DNA of 64,000 bases from contig JAFSFB010000020.1 in assembly GCA_017435385.1 (NCBI GenBank), forward strand, positions 5,251 to 69,250, in the 5' to 3' direction. Below the pieces are notes generated by a model. It was not told where the DNA came from, searched no databases, and saw only the letters and a program-made list of their open reading frames with translations. Positions 1 to 7,815 of the stretch are shown piece by piece (the first letter of the stretch is position 1; each line of letters opens with the position of its first letter). Origin of the DNA: Clostridia bacterium (GTDB taxonomy: Bacteria; Bacillota; Clostridia; Oscillospirales; Acutalibacteraceae). Made by a program: the position numbers and the translations under genes.

Positions 1-596
1 TTGAGTTTTCTGTAATTCTCAACGGTTGTTGCGGCAATATTGACATTGACTCTGCGGATCGCACCGTTTTTATGGTTTACGCTGTAAATTGTTTTGATGC
101 ATTCGAGAATATATTCGATCGGATTGTTGACGGGGTCCTCGCCCGATTCAATGGCAAGACGCTTGTGACCCATATCCTGAAGAGCAATAACCTCGTTTCT
201 GACCTCTTCCTGAGTGAGTTTTTTGCGGGGAATTGTCTTGTTTTTAAGGTGATAGGGGCAGTAAACGCAGCCGTTCACGCAGTAGTTTGAGAGGTAAAGG
301 GGAGCGAAGATAACGATTCGGTTGCCGTAGAATGCAAGCTTGATCTCTTCAGCGATTTTATAGATTTCTTCGATCTTCTCGGGAATATCGCATGCGAGAA
401 GAACGGATGCCTCTCTGTGAGTCAGACCGCTGCAAACGCAGCCCGTTGCGGTTTTCTTGGGGCGTGCCTTTTCAAGAATGCTGTCGATAAGCTCGATGTT
501 GTTTTTGTTTGCCTCGGCATATTCGAGGGTTTCGAGAATTTCTTCGTGATTGATGAATTCCTCGGCTTTGAGTGATTTGGGATTATAAACTGCCAT
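1..596 (-). CDS. hydG: [FeFe]-hydrogenase maturase HydG (radical SAM), N-terminal part; gene runs off the left edge
   Basis: Own translation of the minus strand from the ATG at 596 gives MAVYNPKSLKAEEFINHEEILETLEYAE... It carries the CVNGCVYC CX3CX2C radical-SAM motif and a GAAGGA RBS, and lies 23 nt downstream of hydE. It is absent from the ORF track because it has no stop in the window. Confidence 0.85.
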   Translation of the reverse strand, partial: MAVYNPKSLKAEEFINHEEILETLEYAEANKNNIELIDSILEKARPKKTATGCVCSGLTHREASVLLACDIPEKIEEIYKIAEEIKLAFYGNRIVIFAPLYLSNYCVNGCVYCPYHLKNKTIPRKKLTQEEVRNEVIALQDMGHKRLAIESGEDPVNNPIEYILECIKTIYSVNHKNGAIRRVNVNIAATTVENYRKL

Positions 597-619
597 ATTG
601 ATTCCTTCTTTCAGGTTAA

Positions 620-1666
620 TTATTTAACAATGTCGCCTCTGTCGGTTACGATTTCATAGCCGATATTCAGCATTTTCTGTTTGAGATTCATAAGATTCTG
701 TGCCGATTCGTCGCCGTCTGAGAGCTTGTTGTTATAAAGCTCATATTTCTTTCTGACTGAATGGGGGGAGAGATTCGGCATGATGACATTTGCGCCCGAC
801 TGAATACCTTTTTCTCTTCCGTCTGAATTGACGGAGCCGAGAGCGGTTGTTGCGGGAAGAAGAATGTTCGGTTTTATAAGTCGGATCACCGACAGCAGAA
901 AGCATGTCAGCTCCGCACTTCCCGCACTTTGATCGGCAAACGGCGTATCCTTATGCGGAATGAAAGGACCGATGCCGCACATGTCAGGTGAAAATTTCTC
1001 GATGAATTTCAGGTCACGGGCAATATCCGATGTTGTCTGAAACGGCGAGCCGACCATGAAGCCGCAACCGACCTGAAATCCGATTTCCTTGAGGTTTTTC
1101 AGACACTCCATTCTTTCGGAAAAGCTCATGGAGTCGGGATGAAGCCTGCGGTAATGCTCCTCGTTTGCGGTTTCGTGGCGGAGAAGATATCTGTCGGCGC
1201 CTGCTTCAAACAGCCGCTGATAGCTTTCTCTGCTTCTTTCGCCGAGGGAGAGGGTGACTGCACAGTCGGCAAATGAAGTTTTGATTCTGCTGATGATATC
1301 GGTCAGCACATCGTCATCGTAATATGCATCTTCGCCGCCCTGTAAAACAAAGGTGCGGAATCCGAGCGCATAGCCCTCTTTGCAGCATTCAAGAATTTCA
1401 TCGGCATTCAGACGGTATCTTGAACAGTTTTTGTTGCTTCGTCTGATTCCGCAGTAAAGACAGTCGTTTTTGCAGATATTGCTGATCTCAATAAGCCCTC
1501 GTATAAAGACTTTATTTGAGTAAACCTCTTTTCTTGCTTCAACCGCTTTTTCTCTGATATATTTTACGGCTTCGGGAGTGCGGAATTCGATCAGCTTTTC
1601 GTATTCTTCGGCAGAAAGCGAATGCTCTTTTGCAAGCTTGTCAATGAGAGCGATGATTTCATTCAT
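620..1666 (-). CDS. hydE: [FeFe]-hydrogenase maturase HydE (biotin-synthase-like radical SAM)
   Basis: 348-aa ORF with a CKNDCLYCGIR radical-SAM cluster motif. Length and layout are typical of HydE. It sits between the TM1266-like gene and hydG and overlaps the upstream gene by 8 nt. Confidence 0.85.
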   Translation of the reverse strand: MNEIIALIDKLAKEHSLSAEEYEKLIEFRTPEAVKYIREKAVEARKEVYSNKVFIRGLIEISNICKNDCLYCGIRRSNKNCSRYRLNADEILECCKEGYALGFRTFVLQGGEDAYYDDDVLTDIISRIKTSFADCAVTLSLGERSRESYQRLFEAGADRYLLRHETANEEHYRRLHPDSMSFSERMECLKNLKEIGFQVGCGFMVGSPFQTTSDIARDLKFIEKFSPDMCGIGPFIPHKDTPFADQSAGSAELTCFLLSVIRLIKPNILLPATTALGSVNSDGREKGIQSGANVIMPNLSPHSVRKKYELYNNKLSDGDESAQNLMNLKQKMLNIGYEIVTDRGDIVK

Positions 1667-1922
1667 GGCTTATCACCGATGAGAAAGCCGTCTTGACACT
1701 CACTCCTGCAAGCTTTCCGATTTTTCCTGATAGTGCGGAAATCGTGTCCTGCGGAGCATCGATCGCTATGCTAATGATATTGATTTTCTTTTCTTTGTAA
1801 GGAATTCCCATTCTGCCGATTATATAGTCGCCGTAATCGTGAAGATATGAGTTGATCTGTTCAACAGCGTCGCCGTTCTCAACGATAATGCTCATGACTG
1901 CAACTCTTGTTTCCATATGCAT
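1659..1922 (-). CDS. Small ACT-like protein of the TM1266 / iron-only hydrogenase system regulator family
   Basis: The protein starts MHMETRVAVMSIIVENGDAVEQINSYLHDYGDYIIGRMGIPYKEKKINIISIAIDAP... A GGAGG RBS sits just upstream, and ATG 1916 is an alternative start. Position ahead of hydE-hydG is typical for this family. The 119-aa track ORF is an unlikely 5' extension. Confidence 0.7.
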   Translation of the reverse strand: MHMETRVAVMSIIVENGDAVEQINSYLHDYGDYIIGRMGIPYKEKKINIISIAIDAPQDTISALSGKIGKLAGVSVKTAFSSVISHE

Positions 1923-1931
1923 TTTTCCTCC

Positions 1932-1967
1932 AAAAAAATAATGCCGAACCCGAAGCGGATACGGCAT
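1932..1967 (-). terminator. Leader terminator hairpin directly upstream of the TM1266-like RBS (attenuator)
   Basis: Minus strand reads ATGCCG-t-ATCCG-ctt-CGGGT-t-CGGCAT followed by TATTTTTTT. It lies inside the 5' leader between the promoter and the RBS. Confidence 0.6.
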
Positions 1968-2050
1968 GAACATTGATACAGTTATTCCCTGATGTTGAAT
2001 TAAGCCGTAACCTTTCACTCAGAAAATCTTTGTGTCGGGGAACTGATGTT

Positions 2051-2080
2051 ATTATACCACTATATAATGTGTTCAGTCAA
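2051..2080 (-). promoter_or_regulatory. SigmaA-type promoter of the TM1266-hydE-hydG operon
   Basis: Minus strand has TTGACT (2080-2075), an 18-nt spacer, then TGgTATAAT with the -10 at 2056-2051. Confidence 0.6.
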
Positions 2081-2120
2081 TATGCAGGCTGTTATTTGTT
2101 GCATATAACACATTAATAAT

Positions 2121-2151
2121 AAAAAAACGGAGCCTGATAAACAGACTCCGT
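2121..2151 (-). terminator. Intrinsic terminator of the PHP-domain gene
   Basis: Minus strand has ACGGAG...CTCCGT stem arms followed by T7 (the A-run at 2121-2127 on plus). It lies 9 nt past the stop codon. Confidence 0.75.
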
Positions 2152-2159
2152 CAGTTTGA

Positions 2160-3650
2160 TTATTTACCTGCGATAGCGAAAATAAGTCTGAGAGGAAGAA
2201 TATAGGGGAGCATTTTGACGATAGTATCGCAGATGAGGGAAACGATGCCGCCGAAATCGAAGAAGTTATCAAGATTCTCGGCTTCGGGTGCGCCGTCATA
2301 GTCAAGAGTGAATGCCTGAGTATAGATAACACCGCCCGCACCGACGATCTCGGCTCTGACATAGCTTCCGATTTTATCCGAATAATCGTCAAGATCAATT
2401 GTGCTGCCGCTGCAGATTTCTTCTCCGTCAGCGATCCAACGGATAACAACTGCGTTTTCGGTTGAGAGAGAGATAGTATCCTCTGCTTCGTCAATCACAA
2501 CATTGTTTACAACGGGAACAACAGCGTCTTCACCTGCATAGAATTTTTCACCTGTTGAAAGAGCGGTGTCAAGCATCTGAACAAGCTGAGCGGCTTCGGG
2601 GGTTCCGAGCTTCTCTGCAATAGCTTTATAAGCCTGCATTTCGAGAGTGTTGCCGATATATTTGCTTGCGGCAAACATGTGACCGTTAGCCATGGCGTTT
2701 TTAAGGTTTTCGGAGGTGAGATCGTTCATGAGTATCATCGTGTATCCCGAGTCAACGATCTCGAGGTTGTGAGCATCCGTGGTGGCGATAGCATAAACGT
2801 TTCTGCCGTTGGGAACAAGCTTCTGAAGAAGGATATCCCAGAGCTTTCTGTCATATCGGGTTCTGCCGTCGCCCTTGCTGTTGATATCAATGCCGAGGCA
2901 GGAATCAAATTCGTTGAGGATGCTTGCGAATTTATTGATTTTATAGTTATATACTGCATCGTCAACATTGTATGCGCTTTCCTGAGTTTCTTCATCTCTG
3001 GCGTTTGTGTATTCACCGGGATGATTGATAACGGAAAGACCGCCGAGATCGTGAACTGCGGAGATGGGGGCGCGGTAATTGCTTGTTCCGCCGAGAACTC
3101 CGTTGCCGTAATCAACGAACCATGTGTTTACATGAGCGTTGTTGAAGGATGTGGGATTCTGTTCGTTGCCGAAGGGTACCCTGAGCATCTTCTGGCCGTC
3201 CTGACCGTTTACGCTCTGAACATAATATTCATCCTTTGAAGCGGCATCCGTATCAACTCTGTAAGCGTTTCCGTTTGAAGCTGTTCCGTTTGCGGAAAGA
3301 ACATCGTTATAAACATCGCCGTTCTTGATCCATGAAATAAGTTTAAGGGGCTGGTTGAAGGTCTGAGTCATATATCCCGTGCTTGTTGTTCCGTGGTCGG
3401 TTATGGCATAGATATCAAAGCCGAGCTCATAATGCCTTTCGGTCATGGCAGGGAGAGTTTCGTGACCGTCGCTGAAGGTCGTGTGACTGTGAAGATCAGC
3501 CTTATACTGTTTGACAGTGCTGAAATCAACTGTTTCATAAGGACTGGTGATTTCATAGTCGGTTTCTGCTTCTGCAAACGCAACGGGAACAGCGGTCATA
3601 AGCATTGTGACAGCGAGAACAACAGCAAGAAGTTTCTTTGAATATTTCAT
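2160..3650 (-). CDS. Secreted PHP-domain metal-dependent phosphoesterase (paralog 1)
   Basis: Signal peptide MKYSKKLLAVVLAVTMLMTAVPVAFA. PHP motifs are DLHSHTTFSDG, ITDHGT, INHPGEY and TTDAHN. AGGAGG RBS. The C-terminus is a hydrophobic tail. Confidence 0.75.
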   Translation of the reverse strand: MKYSKKLLAVVLAVTMLMTAVPVAFAEAETDYEITSPYETVDFSTVKQYKADLHSHTTFSDGHETLPAMTERHYELGFDIYAITDHGTTSTGYMTQTFNQPLKLISWIKNGDVYNDVLSANGTASNGNAYRVDTDAASKDEYYVQSVNGQDGQKMLRVPFGNEQNPTSFNNAHVNTWFVDYGNGVLGGTSNYRAPISAVHDLGGLSVINHPGEYTNARDEETQESAYNVDDAVYNYKINKFASILNEFDSCLGIDINSKGDGRTRYDRKLWDILLQKLVPNGRNVYAIATTDAHNLEIVDSGYTMILMNDLTSENLKNAMANGHMFAASKYIGNTLEMQAYKAIAEKLGTPEAAQLVQMLDTALSTGEKFYAGEDAVVPVVNNVVIDEAEDTISLSTENAVVIRWIADGEEICSGSTIDLDDYSDKIGSYVRAEIVGAGGVIYTQAFTLDYDGAPEAENLDNFFDFGGIVSLICDTIVKMLPYILPLRLIFAIAGK

Positions 3651-3823
3651 ATCGTTCCTCCTGATTTGTATAATAATGATGATAATTATATCAAATTTTA
3701 AGATTTTTGTAAATACTAAACAAAAAAATATTGTTATTTTTGGCTTTGAAACAGTTTGTAAATATTTGATATTTTATCTGAGCTGTGATATTATTTATTA
3801 TAGGAAAAATCTGAGGTGAGATA

Positions 3824-4678
3824 ATGTTTATAATCAGAAAAATTTGGTCAGTAATTACTCTTCCGCTTCTCCTTATTACTTTGCTTACAAGTCCCGTTGC
3901 CAAAACGACTGAAACAGCAGAGCTCGTATCAAAGAATGTTTTTGTTTTTGAAAAGGCTCTTCTTATGGGACAGGGTCTGACGACCGACGGCGAATATTAT
4001 TATACGAGCGGCTCGATAACCGCTCTCAATCTTCAGGCTCTTGCAAAGTTCAGAGTTGAAGATATGGAAATTGTCAAGAGCAGAATTAATCCTCTTCCCG
4101 ATGTCTGCGAGGACAGAGGAAACAATCATATCGGCGGAATCAGCTATTATGACGGAAAGATATATGCCTCCGTTGAAGGCGGCGACGAATGCTATGCCTG
4201 CATAGTTGTTTTTGACTGTGAAACCCTGAAGCCGACTGGCGAGGTCTATGATCTTCCGAATGAGCTTTATGATGACGGTATTCCGTGGCTTGCCGTCAAT
4301 CAGGAAACGGGGCTTCTTTATGCTTCAAAGTGGACCGATGCGGAATATATCCGTGTATACGATATCAAGGACGGCATGAAGAATGTTGATAACATTCAGC
4401 TTTCCGAAAAGATCCACAGAATCCAGGGCGGAGAATTTTACAAAGGAACTCTTTATCTTTCAAACGACATTGAGGGTTACGAAACATATAAAAGAATTCT
4501 CTCCGTTAATGTTGAAAACGGTGCGGTTGAGGTTGCGGCTCTGAGAGATGTGGGCGGCGATAATGTTGAAGCGGAGGGCATGACCTTCTGCGAAACCGAT
4601 GACGGAGCGGTTATGCATGTGCTTGATTACAACAAGCTGATCGGAATTTTTGTTCATCATTATAAGGTTGACTTCTGA
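3824..4678 (+). CDS. Secreted hypothetical protein, possibly beta-propeller-like
   Basis: 284-aa ORF with a GAGGTG RBS and an N-terminal signal/anchor (WSVITLPLLLITLLTSPVA). I recognise no catalytic motif. Confidence 0.55.
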   Translation: MFIIRKIWSVITLPLLLITLLTSPVAKTTETAELVSKNVFVFEKALLMGQGLTTDGEYYYTSGSITALNLQALAKFRVEDMEIVKSRINPLPDVCEDRGNNHIGGISYYDGKIYASVEGGDECYACIVVFDCETLKPTGEVYDLPNELYDDGIPWLAVNQETGLLYASKWTDAEYIRVYDIKDGMKNVDNIQLSEKIHRIQGGEFYKGTLYLSNDIEGYETYKRILSVNVENGAVEVAALRDVGGDNVEAEGMTFCETDDGAVMHVLDYNKLIGIFVHHYKVDF

Positions 4679-4690
4679 GAGAGGCATAAT

Positions 4691-5551
4691 ATGAAATTTT
4701 GCGATATTAATATCAGAGATCCATTTGTTCTTGTTGAAAACGGCAAATACTATCTTTACGGAACAAGAGGAGAAACTGCGTGGACTTCGGCAAGCGGTCT
4801 TGATGTTTATGTAAGCACCGATCTTGATAATTGGAGCGAGGCAAAGGAATGCTTCTCTGTTCCCGAAAATTTCTGGGCAGACAAAGAGATATGGGCACCT
4901 GAAGTACATAAATACAACGGAATGTTCTATATGTTTGTGTCGCTTCGTTCGGACTCAAGAAACAGGGCAACTCAGATTCTCCGCAGCGATTCACCCGAGG
5001 GTCCCTTCCTTCCGTTTACCGACGGTCCCGTCACTCCTGAGGAGTGGATGTGCCTTGACGGAACATTTTATGTTGATAAAAAAGGCAGACCCTATATCAT
5101 TTTCTGTCACGAATGGGTTCAGGTTACGGACGGCGAAATACATGCCATGCCGCTGACAGACGATCTTTCTGCACCTGCGGGAGAGCCTATACTGCTCTTC
5201 AAGGCATCCGAACCCTTCTGGGCAGATAAAAGCAGAGATAAATTCATTACAGACGGTCCGTTTGTATATAAAACCGAAAGCGGAAGACTGCTTATCATCT
5301 GGTCGACATTCACTCAGAGCGGCTATGTTCAGGCAGTTGCGAGCTCCGATAACGGAGATATCGACGGCAAATGGAGTCACGAGGAGCTCCTTTTCGAGAA
5401 AGACGGCGGTCACGGCATGATATTTGAGGATCTTGACGGAGTCAGGCATCTGATCCTTCATTCTCCCAATGAAAATCCGCTTGAAAGACCCGTAATGTTT
5501 ACCGTTGAGGAAGCTGATGATAAGCTTTCAATTAAAGAAAAGAGGAATTGA
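4691..5551 (+). CDS. Glycoside hydrolase family 43 (beta-xylosidase/arabinofuranosidase-like), no signal peptide
   Basis: N-terminus IRDPFVLVENGKYYLYGT, followed by WAPEVHKYNGMFYMFVS and DGPFVYKTESGRLLIIWS blades typical of the GH43 five-bladed propeller. Confidence 0.8.
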   Translation: MKFCDINIRDPFVLVENGKYYLYGTRGETAWTSASGLDVYVSTDLDNWSEAKECFSVPENFWADKEIWAPEVHKYNGMFYMFVSLRSDSRNRATQILRSDSPEGPFLPFTDGPVTPEEWMCLDGTFYVDKKGRPYIIFCHEWVQVTDGEIHAMPLTDDLSAPAGEPILLFKASEPFWADKSRDKFITDGPFVYKTESGRLLIIWSTFTQSGYVQAVASSDNGDIDGKWSHEELLFEKDGGHGMIFEDLDGVRHLILHSPNENPLERPVMFTVEEADDKLSIKEKRN

Positions 5552-7005
5552 TGATGAAAAGAATTATCGGAATTGTTCTCGCTCTGATTATTGCTCTTTC
5601 GGGAGTTCTTCCCGTTTTTGCCGCATCGGAGCATAATCCCGAAACCTGCGAAGATGTTCCCGTCATCGTTGTCAGAGGAATGGATTTCGGCGGACTTTAT
5701 ACCGATGTCGGAACAGAAAATCAGGCGGCGGCTATCAGAGCCGATGTCGGGTTTATAATTGCCAACGTTTTCAAAGGACTTTTCGGCACGGCACTCACGC
5801 TCAGCCTTGATCCGACAATTAATGCTGTTGCCGCAATAGCAAGCAATATATTTGAGTACATCAAAATGAACCCCGACGGAACCTCAAAGCATAAAGTCGG
5901 AGCGATCAGATATCCGCTTGCCGCCGAGAACTATGATGCCTTATGCCAAGGAATTGACAGCGAATACGGCATGGCAAGAACGATGATTGAGGAGATCGGC
6001 GATCACGCATATTATTTCAACTATGACTGGCGGATCGATCCCTTTGTTGTTGCAGACGAAATCAACGAAATGGTTGAAACCGCTCTCAGAGAAACGGGAC
6101 ATGACAAGGTCAATATCGCTTGCTGCAGCATGGGCGGTGTCATGACGCTTGCTTACCTTACCGAATACGGCTATGAAAAAGTGAACAGAGTTTGCTTCAT
6201 GTCGTCGACCTTCTGCGGTGCTCAGGTCGCATCCGACCTCCTTGCGGGTCAGCTTGAAATAGCTCCCGATACACTTTATAATATCGCTTATGATGCAACT
6301 GCGGATATCCCCGTTGTCGGAACGCTTATGAAAGCTCTTAAATTTATCGGTGCATTCAGGCTCGTTTCCGCCCTTGCAGGAATGATAACCGATAAATACC
6401 TTGTTTCTGTAAGCGATCAGGTGCTTTACCCCGTTTTCGGCGGAACGCTCACTTTCTGGGCTCTTGTTCAGCCCGAGGACAGGCAGGCTGCAATTGATTT
6501 CATTCTCAAGGGACAGCCCGAAAAGCATCCCGAATTATATACGAAGATTCAGGCTCTCTGGGCGATGATCGACGGCAGGAATGCTCTTCTCGACGAAATG
6601 CTCGAAAACGGAGTTCAGATTGCCGTTGTTGCGCACTACGATACGCCGCTCATTCCCGTTTTTGAGGGTGCATCGATGAACGGTGACGGTATACTTGAAA
6701 CATATCAGATGTCGGGATACGCAACCGTTGCTCCTTACGGAAAAACGCTCGGCGACGATTATTTTGCCGAAAATCCCGAATATCTTTCGCCCGACAGAGT
6801 TGTTGACCTGTCAACCGCAATTCTCCCCGAATATACTTATATCATCAAGGGAGCTCCACATGTCGGCGGAACATACGGAACGGATTATGCCGATTTCTTC
6901 AGATGGCTCATGACCTATGACGGTGAAGAATTCTATGCAGGCATCAATCCCGATTATCCGAGATTTATGGTTTCGGGTGACGATCTTTCCCTCAATGCTT
7001 TCTGA
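5551..7005 (+). CDS. Secreted alpha/beta-hydrolase of the LCAT / lipase-like family
   Basis: Signal peptide, an FNYDWRIDP motif (the YDWR hallmark of the LCAT family) and a nucleophile elbow CCSMGG. The start overlaps the GH43 stop, and ATG 5551 or 5554 are both possible. Confidence 0.65.
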   Translation: MMKRIIGIVLALIIALSGVLPVFAASEHNPETCEDVPVIVVRGMDFGGLYTDVGTENQAAAIRADVGFIIANVFKGLFGTALTLSLDPTINAVAAIASNIFEYIKMNPDGTSKHKVGAIRYPLAAENYDALCQGIDSEYGMARTMIEEIGDHAYYFNYDWRIDPFVVADEINEMVETALRETGHDKVNIACCSMGGVMTLAYLTEYGYEKVNRVCFMSSTFCGAQVASDLLAGQLEIAPDTLYNIAYDATADIPVVGTLMKALKFIGAFRLVSALAGMITDKYLVSVSDQVLYPVFGGTLTFWALVQPEDRQAAIDFILKGQPEKHPELYTKIQALWAMIDGRNALLDEMLENGVQIAVVAHYDTPLIPVFEGASMNGDGILETYQMSGYATVAPYGKTLGDDYFAENPEYLSPDRVVDLSTAILPEYTYIIKGAPHVGGTYGTDYADFFRWLMTYDGEEFYAGINPDYPRFMVSGDDLSLNAF

Positions 7006-7119
7006 AATTAAAAATCTTTGCCCTCGGCACGGTAAAGTGTCGGGGGCATTTCAAGGCAATCGTTGAAACGGTTTGTTCGCAATATACAATAATTATCTCT
7101 GTAAAGGCAGGTGAGAAAT

Positions 7120-7815
7120 ATGACAGCGAAAAAGCAGTTTGCGGCAACGGATATTTTCATGCTTGTGCTTATGGCATGCACGGCAATTCTGATAACCGTT
7201 GCGGGAATCCGCTTTCGTCAGAGCTTTCTGAGGATACTGCCGTTATATATTTCTCTGATTGTCGGTCTGCTTCAGTCACGGGTCAACCGCTATGCAAGCC
7301 TTGTAGGAAGTCTGAATTCTCTGCTTTACGGAGCGGTATATTTTTATTACGGACTTTACGGCTCTCTTTTTTCGGCTGTTCTGTTTTCGTTCCCGATTCA
7401 GCTCGTGACATTTATCCGCTGGAATAAAAATAAATGGGAGCATTCAACCGTTCTCAGAAAGCTCAATTTTAAACAAAGGCTTGTTCTTTCAGTCTGTTTT
7501 ACTGCGGCGCTGATTGCGATGTGGATTATTCTTCCGCTTCTCGGTTCTCAGTATGTCTTTCTTGATGCTCTGACAAATATTCTCGGAATTGTAATTTATT
7601 TTCTGACGATGTTTGCATATATTGAGTATACTTTTCTCATGATTGTCAACGGTGTGATCGGCACGGCGCTTTACATAAGCATGCTCGGAGATTCACCTGA
7701 AATGACAACATATCTTATTTATTCCGTTTATTCTTTTATCTGTATTTCTATTGCTTTTTTTGAGGCGAAAAAGCTGTATTGCGATCAGCAGGCAGAGGTG
7801 AAAAATGAACATTAA
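7120..7815 (+). CDS. PnuC-family (nicotinamide riboside / vitamin nucleoside) transporter-like membrane protein
   Basis: Seven to eight predicted TM helices. Two-fold repeat signature: ...RVNRYASLVGSLNSLLYGAVYFYYGLYG...FIRW and ...IEYTFLMIVNGVIG... The alternative GTG start is at 7111. Confidence 0.5.
   Translation: MTAKKQFAATDIFMLVLMACTAILITVAGIRFRQSFLRILPLYISLIVGLLQSRVNRYASLVGSLNSLLYGAVYFYYGLYGSLFSAVLFSFPIQLVTFIRWNKNKWEHSTVLRKLNFKQRLVLSVCFTAALIAMWIILPLLGSQYVFLDALTNILGIVIYFLTMFAYIEYTFLMIVNGVIGTALYISMLGDSPEMTTYLIYSVYSFICISIAFFEAKKLYCDQQAEVKNEH

Noticed and set aside
1923-2018. N-terminal extension of the TM1266-like ORF (the 119-aa version in the track).
   Set aside because: It would start at a GTG without an RBS, only about 25 nt from the predicted transcription start. 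It would also have to translate through a strong terminator hairpin. The GGAGG RBS sits right before ATG 1922/1916.
3651-3823. AT-rich 170-bp divergent intergenic region containing a twice-occurring TTTGTAAATA motif, considered as a small RNA or insertion scar.
   Set aside because: It is consistent with two back-to-back promoters and UP-like A/T tracts. It has no terminator-bounded transcript, inverted terminal repeats or ORF.
7006-7110. Possible TPP or other riboswitch upstream of the PnuC-like transporter.
   Set aside because: I found no CUGAGA...ACCUGAUCUGGAUAAUGCCAGCG-type TPP core or other riboswitch consensus. The only structure is a GC-rich hairpin (GCCCTCGGCAC/GTGTCGGGGGC) that more likely terminates the upstream lipase gene weakly.
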